Assembly (NCBI RefSeq): GCF_001194135.2 | Contig: NC_068996.1 | Span: 35,789,236 to 35,853,235, forward strand | Direction of reading: 5' to 3' | Source of the DNA: Octopus bimaculoides | Lineage: Eukaryota | Length of the DNA: 64,000 nucleotides | Shown here: positions 54,019 to 64,000 of the stretch, piece after piece | Numbering within the stretch: the first letter of the stretch is position 1 | How the letters are laid out: each line of letters opens with the position of its first letter | Made by a program: the position numbers and the translations under genes | The notes under the pieces: generated by a model | Databases searched by the model: none | The model's input: the letters and a program-made list of their open reading frames with translations, nothing else | Told to the model about the DNA's origin: nothing

Positions 54019-56229
54019 GAAGAAATTTACTAATTTTTCAACGGAGTGGTGTTGGTCGGAGGGATAGGCGTCAGGAAACCGATAAGAGTTCCTAAAGAAT
54101 CCCTAGCTAAAAGCTTGAGAATGGGTTGATCTGGAAGACTGAGAGACAAGGGAGACAACTCTGATATTTTAACTAAAACTTTAAAAATGATGATGCATTT
54201 TCCCACCAAAACGAGTAAAACTCTGAACAAACAAATCAATATTAAAATTAGATGTATGTATACAGTACCATGTGTAATACATGGTACTGTTTGGCTACAA
54301 AGATTTTCTCCACACACTTTTAATAAGAAAATAATAATGTAATAAAGCATTATAATTTTTTAGATGATTTATTATATACCAATGCTGATCATTTTCTCCT
54401 CATCTGAATGTGAGTAGCCATGCAGCTCTACAAGAACTTGATCCCTTAGCATAAAGCTAATCCTTCTCCTTCGGATTTTGTAGTCTTGCAAGCAGCATGA
54501 CAACCTTAAGTGTCGATACCGGGAGAAAGGTACCTTGTCAACACTGTAAAGTTGTTGGTTTCAGGAAAGGTAAGCAGTTGTAGAAATCATGCCAAAGCAG
54601 ACAGTGGAGTACGAAACTGTCCTTGAACCCATCGGATCCTGTCAAACCCATGCCAGTATGGAACATAGACGTTAAATGATAATGATAAAAATTAAATACA
54701 AAAAACTAATATACTGGATTATAATAATCTACTATTGTAGCAGTTATGTATTATTTGTGACATGGTATTATAAAGTTCTTAAGTAAAATGAGGTCCCAGC
54801 AGTTGAGATGAGTGGAATGGTTACAAAGTTATTGTTGCAATTATGAGGTCTTTGTTCATTAATACTGTGTGGCACATTGAATAAGTGTCCTTCCCTCTGT
54901 TAGCCATGGGTCAGTGTAAGTATTGGTGAGAATTGGTTGACAGAAAATGTATGGAAGTTAGAGTGGTGTATTGGTAATTGAAAAGGTACAGCCTTGTGAC
55001 ATCATTGTATCACACTGACTCATCATAATCATTTTGATGTTCACTTTTCCATGCTTGCATGGGTTGGACAGAATTTATTGAGGCAAATCTTCTACAGCTA
55101 GATGCCTTTTCTGTTGCCAACCCTCACCTGTTTCCAAGCAAGGTAAAATATCTCCCCACGGCCAGACATATTTATTGCAGAATATTGGAAATGAATGATA
55201 CTGCTTTCACAACACTGGTACTTCTTTACAATTATCATGTTATGTTAAGACAAGAAGACACAAACATGCATGCACACACACAACAGGTTTTTTTTCAGTT
55301 TCCATCTACTAAATTGACTCACAAAGCCCAGAACTACAGTTGGAGACATTTTTCCAAAGTGCCTTGCAGTGGGACTGAACTTGGAACCATGTGGTAGAGA
55401 AGCAAGTTTCTCAACTGCACAACCAAGCCTGTGCCTAATTCATCATTACTATTTAACGTCTGCTTTCCATGCTGGCATGGGTTAGATGGTTTGACTGAAA
55501 CTGTTAAGCTGGAGGGCTGCACCAGGTTTCTACAGCTGGATGCCCTTCCTAGTGCCAACCACTTTATAGTGTATGCTGAGTGCTAGAGCTAGCAAGCTGG
55601 AGAGCTGCACCAGGTTCCAGTCTGACTTGCCATGGTTTCTACGGCTGGATGCCCTTACTAACACCAACCACTCCAAGAGTATAATGGGTGCTTTTTATGT
55701 GCCATTTACATGACACCAGCAATAGCCATGACTATGGTTTCATGGGTGCTATTTACATATCACTGGTAACAGCTGTGACTACTTTTTTACTTGGCTTGAT
55801 GAGTTTTCTCAAGTGCAGCATATTACCAAAGGTCTCAGTTACTTTGGCCTCCATGAGGCCCAAGATTTGAAGATCATGTTACCAGCAATGGCGACAGTTA
55901 CGATTTCACAGGTGCCATTCACATGACACTGGTAAAGGCCATGACTACGATTTCACTTAGCTTGATGAGTCTTCCAATTCTATTTTAGAATTACATTTAA
56001 GTAACAAATGACTATGGAATACTTAGCCACTAACACTTTAATACAATGAACTGTTACTTCAACTGATTCAACTATTAGTATAGCCACAGCTGAAATTGGC
56101 AGAGGATCTGTCTACATACTTTTTAATATTTATATATTATATTTTCTTTTTATATTCTATTGTCAAGTATGTTTTCTTCTGGTAAAATTTTTGGAAAATG
56201 TCCATTTATTTATCTTGTTTCCATTCCAG

Positions 56230-56301
56230 GCCAAAGCCGTAGCAAATGAATCAAATGCTACATTCTTCAATATTAGTGCTGCCAGTTTAACTTCCAAATA
56301 T
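56230..56301 (+). CDS. SPAST: Spastin AAA exon
   Basis: ttccAG|GCC...TAT|GTgagt; AKAVANESNATFFNISAASLTSKY; 72 nt. Confidence 0.97.
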
Positions 56302-57250
56302 GTGAGTATTGTATCATTTCCATTTACCCTCCACACTACAAAAGATTAGGGTTTTGTTGGATGAAAGTAAATTATTGACCATGCACAGACACAGACACAC
56401 ACAAAAGCATTTTCAGAGTTCATGTGTCAAAGGAGAGGGCTAAATTAGTTATAGATAAATCAAATGCAATAATACATGTGTGTTTGTGTGTGTGTGTGTG
56501 TGTAAAAATAAAATCCAAGGTGTAGGAAGTTGGTGAGCTTCAAACAATCCGTAGAGGATATAAAAAATAACTTTCAGGAACAATAGGTTGTAAATGTTTC
56601 CTATATCTAAATTTGATAAGCAGAAAATAAGTTACTTTATGGTTAGCAGCCTGGGTTGCTGTGTATGGGAATAAAAATCCAAATTTTGGGAATAGATCAA
56701 ATAAAATCCATGTTAAAATACCTTAGTCAAATGAAGGTTACATTGTCACCAAGTGATCCCATGTTAACTCACAAAAGATTTGGATGATACTAAAGAGAGG
56801 GAAAGAGAGAGGTATTTGGTCATAAGAACAGAAATAGAAGTCAAAATCCACTTAATATTTGACCAGCAGAATGTTTACACAAGTGACTTAAGGACCGAAA
56901 GTTTCGTGCATCAGCACTTATCAAAGTTTAATAAGTATCAATGCATGAAATTCTTTGCCTTCGAATTACTTTTATAACTTCTGTTGAATAAGATACAAAA
57001 TATTAATCATTATATAAACGATAATAGAACAGGAGGTACATAATCACGTTCATTAGCTTACAACTGTTTCTGCTATAAGAAACCATGCAACCAGAGTTGA
57101 GTGTCAGTGCAACAATTGTAATATAATATAATATAATATATATGTGTGTGTGTGTGATATTTAAATGTAATTTATATTTTATATTTGTAATTTACAGTGA
57201 TATTTTTAATTGTATATAATATTTTAGTTAATCAATTTTTTTCTCAACAG

Positions 57251-57326
57251 GTTGGAGAAGGAGAAAAATTAGTCCGCGCCCTCTTTGCTGTCGCCAGGGA
57301 ACTACAGCCTGCTGTGATTTTTATGG
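57251..57326 (+). CDS. SPAST: Spastin AAA exon (pore loop 1 to start of Walker B)
   Basis: caacAG|GTT...ATGG|GTaatg; [25 protein letters not shown](D); 76 nt. Confidence 0.97.
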
Positions 57327-57917
57327 GTAATGTGTAAATTTTTGAATCTTTATATACTTGTTAATAAACCAATGAGAAGATACATTGAGATAAATACTTA
57401 TGAAGAAAACAGAAGATTGAAAATGGTATTAAATAATTTCTTCAAGAACTCTAGAAAAGTGTTTTTGTTTTGTTTTATACTTCTGTCGCTGGNNNNNNNN
57501 NNGCGTAATTTATTATATAAACAATATATGCGTATAAATTACGATTAAAGCGGATGAAATATGTCACAGGGAATAACATTTTTATGACCGCCCAGCAGTA
57601 TCTCTATTCAGTTGAATAGACGTCAGTGATTGGTTGAAATTACAGAAATACGACAACTTTAACATGGAATAACTTGCGAATTCCTTTTTTTTGTTAAGAA
57701 GACTAAGAGTAAAAGATGTTTTATATGACACATTCTACCAGTGTCCCAAGTTTCATTAGTGTTTCGTTAAGAAAATACTGGTGCCCCCGTTTTAAACTAG
57801 ATCCGTTTCTTTTACTTAATCACTGTTATGGGATGTAAATAGAATTCTACTATAGTTTCAGGCCAACCAAAGTCTTGTGAGTGGATTTGATGGATGGAAG
57901 CTGAAAGAAGCCTGATA

Positions 57918-57943
57918 TCTATATATATAAAAATGAGAATGTG

Positions 57944-57978
<35 letters not shown>

Positions 57979-58212
57979 GTGAATCCCTAAAACTCGAGAA
58001 CTACGCAACCAATTTCATTCAAATTTTACAGATGCCTTACTTAGGGTTCCAGTTGTGTTTTAGTCAAAAAAATTTTTCACTTCTTGCAGAGTTCGAGCCC
58101 ACGGCAACATAATATCTCCTCCGCTATTTAAGTATTACGTATCAAAAGTGAAACAAAAACACTCATGTCAAATACTTTCACTTTAAAAATGAAACTATTC
58201 TACTAAATGAAA
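57918..58212 (+). mobile_element. Probable non-autonomous Helitron 5' end; the rest lies in the 58213-59123 gap
   Basis: Starts A|TCTATATATATAAAA followed by a (GTCT)n tract, a typical invertebrate Helitron 5' signature; interrupts a family B SINE; 3' CTRR end not visible. Confidence 0.5.
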
Positions 58213-59123
58213 NNNNNNNNNNNNNNNNNNNNNNNNNNNNNNNNNNNNNNNNNNNNNNNNNNNNNNNNNNNNNNNNNNNNNNNNNNNNNNNNNNNNNNNN
58301 NNNNNNNNNNNNNNNNNNNNNNNNNNNNNNNNNNNNNNNNNNNNNNNNNNNNNNNNNNNNNNNNNNNNNNNNNNNNNNNNNNNNNNNNNNNNNNNNNNNN
58401 NNNNNNNNNNNNNNNNNNNNNNNNNNNNNNNNNNNNNNNNNNNNNNNNNNNNNNNNNNNNNNNNNNNNNNNNNNNNNNNNNNNNNNNNNNNNNNNNNNNN
58501 NNNNNNNNNNNNNNNNNNNNNNNNNNNNNNNNNNNNNNNNNNNNNNNNNNNNNNNNNNNNNNNNNNNNNNNNNNNNNNNNNNNNNNNNNNNNNNNNNNNN
58601 NNNNNNNNNNNNNNNNNNNNNNNNNNNNNNNNNNNNNNNNNNNNNNNNNNNNNNNNNNNNNNNNNNNNNNNNNNNNNNNNNNNNNNNNNNNNNNNNNNNN
58701 NNNNNNNNNNNNNNNNNNNNNNNNNNNNNNNNNNNNNNNNNNNNNNNNNNNNNNNNNNNNNNNNNNNNNNNNNNNNNNNNNNNNNNNNNNNNNNNNNNNN
58801 NNNNNNNNNNNNNNNNNNNNNNNNNNNNNNNNNNNNNNNNNNNNNNNNNNNNNNNNNNNNNNNNNNNNNNNNNNNNNNNNNNNNNNNNNNNNNNNNNNNN
58901 NNNNNNNNNNNNNNNNNNNNNNNNNNNNNNNNNNNNNNNNNNNNNNNNNNNNNNNNNNNNNNNNNNNNNNNNNNNNNNNNNNNNNNNNNNNNNNNNNNNN
59001 NNNNNNNNNNNNNNNNNNNNNNNNNNNNNNNNNNNNNNNNNNNNNNNNNNNNNNNNNNNNNNNNNNNNNNNNNNNNNNNNNNNNNNNNNNNNNNNNNNNN
59101 NNNNNNNNNNNNNNNNNNNNNNN
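58213..59123. other. Assembly gap (largest). Other gaps at ~26117-26126, 27233-27371, 34092-34181, 42537-42814, 48976-49185, 53352-53365, 53753-53895 and 57493-57502
   Basis: N runs. Confidence 1.
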
Positions 59124-60707
59124 ACACGTATATATATGTATATCAATATAAATATATGAAAGTCAATGAAGTTTCGTAAAAGAAGGTGATCATGTACATA
59201 CTTTCTTGCTGTTGTGATTATAACACCTCATTGTAAACTATGTTCCTTGTTTTCCCTTGTGGAGCATATACAAATAAGTTTTTTGTTGCTGCCCACTCTT
59301 GAGCAGCCAACATACAGTTGTCCATGTGAGAAGCAGGGCTCTTCCAAGAGTGCAGCTTCTTTAGCTCTGAAGCCATGAGCTTTACACACACACACACGTC
59401 TACATTTGTCTTTGCTTCCTACCACTGCTTCACAGCTGGTGTGGGTTTGTTTACATTCCCATTAGTTAGTGGTCTGGCAAAAGAGACTAATAGAATAAGT
59501 ACGAGACTTTAAAAAAAAATAAGTACTAGTGTGTATGTGTGGGGAGGGGGTGCGGTTTGCCTGACTGTGCCCTTCAAGGTGGTGCCTCAGCATGGCCACC
59601 ATCCAATGACTAAAGCAAATAAATGATAAAAGTGAAAGTAGTGAATAAAATATGTAAAATAAATTCTGAAGCTGTGAGGAGAGGTGACTTATCATATCTC
59701 AAGCTGACAATTTTTTTTTTTTATTTTCAATTGGGCCCTTTGTAAAGGGGTGAAATCAAGATTAATGTATTATTTCATTGCAGTATTAGTTGGCGTTTGA
59801 AAGGGCATCTGTCTGTAAAAGCCTTGCCTTTGCTTGTGCCACGTAAAAAGCACTAAGTCCACGATGATGTGTGGATGGTGCTAGGAAGGGCAACCAGCTG
59901 TAAAAATCCTGCCGTAACAGTTGCAGAAGTCTGGTGCAGGCTTCTGCCTGGCTGGCTCCTGTCAAACTGTTCCACCCATGCCTGCATGGAAGGTGGATGT
60001 TAAGCAATGATGATGATAATGATGATGATGATGATGATGATGATTATTATTATTAGTAGTATAATCATTAGCATAATGGATGAAACACCATGGGGGTATT
60101 TAGTAACAAATCTTTACATTTTGAATTTGAAAGTTCATTAGGGTCAACTTTAACGTTTATAAAATATACTACCACATAATAACTGGGGTAGGGATCAGTC
60201 TAAGTGACTGCTTCTTTGTCTAAAATTTCTGGCCTTGTTCCTGTATTATAGAGATAAATCATTGCTATTGAGCACAATACAAAATGCCTTCCAGTAATTT
60301 GTTCTTGTCTTTATGTTCTGAGTTCAAATCCCACCAAGGTCAACTTTGCTTTCATCCTTTCAGGGTTCATAAAATAAAGTACCAGTTGAGTACTGTGGGC
60401 GATGCTATTGACTGACTTTCTCTGTCAAATTTCATGCCTTGAGCTCATGCCTGAAATGATATTTATTTATTGTTATTTAATATAATAGTAATCGTCGTCA
60501 TCATCATCATCATCATTAAGGCTTTATGGTCTGAATTTAAATTCCACCAAAGTCAGCTTTACCTTTCATCCTTTTGGAGTCAATGAAATAAACACCAGTT
60601 GAGCATCGAGGTTGATGTAATCAACTAAACTTCAACCCTCCTCACCTCTACCGAAAAAAAAAAAAAACTCAAGCCTTGTGCCTGTAGTAGAAAGGATTAT
60701 TATTATT

Positions 60708-61263
60708 GAGTGAGAGAGCAGTGCATGCCATCAGAGTGACATTGGGGTACAAATATACAAAGCCCAGTATACCCATCACGACTACCCGTCTGATAAGGGT
60801 ATACCAGGCACATGCATCACAACCATATGTGCACGACATCGTGATTTCATATCAAGGTAAACAGTGCATGACCTTGCAAAGCAGGGCCCAGTTAGAATTT
60901 TCTTCGGGTCAAGTAGCCCATCCTATTCAAAAGGTTCCTGAATAAGGATTGCTTAAGGATGATGAGCAAAACACCTATGTTTCCAAAGGTGAATTATTCA
61001 AACCACAAAGAATTCCTCTCAACACATGGCTATGATGTTCCCTTACTACTTCTGCTCATGATCAGAGATGCACATATCGTCAGCCACCAAGGGACATGCT
61101 CAACTGGTTAAGGTCAAACAACTGACAAGCAAATCTGTGGTATTGAGCAGAATATTTGTGGTAGCCCATCTTTTATACCAAGACAAAACAATGTACATGA
61201 TAACACTTCCAATCAATTAAGATCAGAAGCCATGAGAGCCACTGCCAGCTACTGCATCTGGGC
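60708..61263. mobile_element. Unclassified ~555-bp repeat inserted in an (ATT)n SINE tail
   Basis: Bounded by (ATT)n at 60696-60707 and 61264-61310; partial homolog at ~39790-39965; no ORF found. Confidence 0.6.
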
Positions 61264-61439
61264 ATTATTATTATTATTATTATTACTATCGTTGTTATTA
61301 TTATTATTTAATGTTCTATATTTGAAAGTTTCAGTAACATATTAAGATTGATTCACTGACAATATTCTTTGCTATAAATGTGTGACCATGTGCTGAAGTT
61401 ACATATTATCATCATCAATAATGTATTTTTGCTTTGTAG

Positions 61440-61531
61440 ATGAAATCGACTCCTTACTTTGTGAAAGGAGAGAAGGAGAGAATGAAGCTAGTCGTCGCTT
61501 AAAAACAGAATTCCTGATAGAATTTGATGGG
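61440..61531 (+). CDS. SPAST: Spastin AAA exon (Walker B DE, pore loop 2)
   Basis: tttgtAG|AT...GGG|GTaaga; (D)[30 protein letters not shown]; 92 nt; the gene continues beyond the window. Confidence 0.97.
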
Positions 61532-62614
61532 GTAAGAAACATTCATTGTTACTTTTCAATTTAACATTTTGAAATCAAAGTTGTTAATTAAACTCTTGGA
61601 GGTGAAGTTCACTATTGTTTCTATACTAATGGAGTAGAAGTATAGATATATTCTTAGAAACATTAGCTCTGTTTTAATTCTACCACTGGAATGGTGGGCT
61701 AATAGACTGGTCAAGTTGTCTTATAAGGGTTTAAAATAAATGCTGATATGTAGAATGCACACATACAAATGCATATCTGTGGCACTCTGTCAGTTACAAC
61801 AATGGTATCAGTTGATCCATTTAATGGAACAGCCTGCTCGTGAAATTAACATACAAGTGGCTGAGCACTCCAGACACATGTACCCTTAATGTAGTTCTCA
61901 GAGAGATTCTATGAGATGGAGAATGTGATAAGGCTGGCCCTTTGAATTACAGGTACTATTCATTTTTGTCATCTGAGTGGACTGGAGCAATGTGAAATAA
62001 AGTGTCTTGCTCAAGAATATGACACACTGCTGGGGAATTGAACTCATGATCATAAGGTCATGAGTCAAATACTCTAGCCACTAAGCCACACACCTTCACT
62101 CAAATGCCTATATATCTATACATGTGCACATACACACGCACATGGACACAGACACACCCACCCACCTAAAGAAACAAACACACTTATCTAATATAAATGC
62201 GAATGTCAATGTGTCAGTGTGTCACACTTTTTCAACTTTACTCCTAGAAGCCATAGCCCAACATATACCATTTTGGAATCAGGCCAACTCCATGAGTAAA
62301 TTAAAAACATTCTGGGCCGAATCCAGACCCACAATACTTTGGAGACTAAACTCAAAGGTTGATTTGGAGTCCTTTTTGCAAGATATAACAAAAATGTGGC
62401 CATTACTTGAAAATATTGTATTTTTTCTTTTATTATCAGTTGTCGATAGATGAAACTGTAAGATCTTTAGGCCATTATTGTTTTTACTTTTATCGTTTAC
62501 CTTTCAGTTGTTTCAGTTATTAGATTGTGGCCATGCTGGAGCACTGCATTGAAAAATTTTCAGTCAAATGAATCGATGCCAGTACTTTTCTTGTTTTTCC
62601 TAAGCCTGGTACTT

Positions 62615-63197
62615 AGGTGAGTTTTGGACATCTTGCAGAATGAGAAATAAGACCTACGAAAGGGCAGAAGAATTGAGAGGAGTCAACAACCATTCAATGG
62701 AAGGAAATGTCTGAAATAAAACCCGTTCAGTGAAGACTTGCAACCTGCTGGTACTTATTCTATTGGTCTGTTTTGCCAAACTACTAAGTTATGGGGATGT
62801 AAATAAACCAACACCGGTTGTCAAGTGATGGCGGTGGTAGACAAAGACACATGCACACAAAAACACACACACACATGCAACAGGCTTCTTTCAGTTTCCA
62901 TCTTCCAAATCCACTCACAAGTCTTTGGTCAGCCTGGGGCTATAGTAGAAGACACTTGCCCAAGGTGCCACGCAGTGGGACTTAACTTGGAACCATGTGG
63001 ATGGGAAGCAAACATCTTACTACACAGTCATGCCAACATCTATGCTGTGATAAATAAGTACCAGCTGGTTGCAAGTCCTCACTGAATGGGTTTTATTTCA
63101 GACATTTCCTTCCATTGAATGGTTGTTGACTCCTCTCAATTCTTCTGCCCTTTCGTAGGTCTTATTTCTCATTCTGCAAGATGTCCAAAACTCACCT
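62615..63197. repeat. 145-bp inverted duplication (arms 62615-62759 and 63053-63197)
   Basis: Direct reverse-complement comparison; I counted 3 mismatches by eye. Confidence 0.92.
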
Positions 63198-63461
63198 TCT
63201 TCCTCACCAAGCAAGCTTTCACATTGCTCCCAACCATCCAGCTGCAAATGGGTTTCTTTGCAACAGACTGACATTCTGCTCAGGGAGAAATGTTGGCCTG
63301 TCCATCTGGCCAGCAGGATGACACCATTTGAAAGCTACAACACTGTGATGCAACACATAGTGACTTGTGGTGTATAACACCATCTGATGGCTTGGTCAAT
63401 GCAGTGATATATATATGTAACGGTTAATGTTTTTGTGTTGTGTAGTCGATGTGTCACCCAT

Positions 63462-64000
63462 TGTAACGATATGTATTATTTACCAATTGTACTGGTTATA
63501 AGATGAACGATGAAGATGATCGACATTTTTATAGAAATATTTATTTACTGTTACTTGCATAGTTGCCATACCACGACGAGTAGGCCAGTGTAATAGTATA
63601 ACAGTTTGTATGTAAAGCATACAAGGTAAAGAATTTCGGCCTGTATCTGTATGTACACTTTCTTATAGTAGTATTTATATATAGAGAGAGATGCTAGTGT
63701 TATAGAGAAAAGGATGCGAGCTCGTATTAGTTATAAGGTGTGCGACATTGTCTCACAGTGGCTGACAGTAAACTTCTTTCTCCCTCTGGCCAAGGTTGTA
63801 GTTGGTCAGCCAGACTTCGTTCTCCTTGAGTCGTCACCGGCTGGTGACTAGCCTGTTGAGGCGTCACCGGCTGGTGACTAGCCTGTTGAGGCATCACCGG
63901 CTGGTGACTAGCCTGTTGAGGCGTCACCGACGGGTGACTAAAGAGGAACTTTGCTTGTGGTCTCCAGTTTTTATAGCTATCAAGAAGGATAGTGAGAACA
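63462..64000 (-). mobile_element. Probable LTR (3' part), truncated by the window edge
   Basis: Terminal TGTAACG at 63462 (minus strand ends ...CGTTACA); minus-strand TATAAAAA at 63968-63975 and AATAAA at 63540-63545 in U3-R-U5 order; 30-bp tandem repeats; CpG retained. Confidence 0.5.
63833..63939. repeat. 30-bp tandem repeat, about 3.5 units
   Basis: Unit GTCACCGGCTGGTGACTAGCCTGTTGAGGC, with internal palindrome GTCACC-N4-GGTGAC. Confidence 0.95.

Noticed and set aside
58178-59151. ORFs of 310-322 aa
   Set aside because: Almost entirely N-gap (X) residues.
63727-63927. ORF with MTPQQASHQPV repeats
   Set aside because: Translation of the 30-bp tandem repeat in the probable LTR; no evidence of coding.

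Overview
Eukaryotic, AT-rich, repeat-dense genomic DNA with nine N gaps. The repeat families and microsatellite load suggest a coleoid cephalopod, probably Octopus (inference). The window lies inside one + strand gene, spastin (SPAST; MIT domain plus meiotic-clade AAA ATPase). I reconstructed ten internal coding exons by hand (2118-2201, 13148-13231, 29596-29772, 40483-40640, 41482-41608, 45628-45692, 48032-48106, 56230-56301, 57251-57326, 61440-61531; 1010 nt). All have AG/GT boundaries and compatible phases. The first exon and the 3' exons lie outside the window. The introns hold a decayed full-length mariner, R4/Dong-type, RTE and CR1-type LINE remnants, three tRNA-derived SINE families, TTAA-flanked piggyBac-type MITEs, a probable Helitron 5' end, a probable LTR and many microsatellites. 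No prokaryotic features, CRISPR arrays or true tRNA/rRNA genes were found. I did not find a convincing new multi-gene system. The most unusual items are: an 836-bp TIR element with an 8-bp TSD that encloses a head-to-head TTAGGG/CCCTAA palindrome; (ATT)n SINE tails that act as landing pads for further SINEs and for R4/Dong LINEs; a 145-bp templated inverted duplication; a frame-preserving candidate cassette exon; and a local CpG-retaining domain. Repeat coordinates are approximate to within about 10-20 bp unless termini are quoted.
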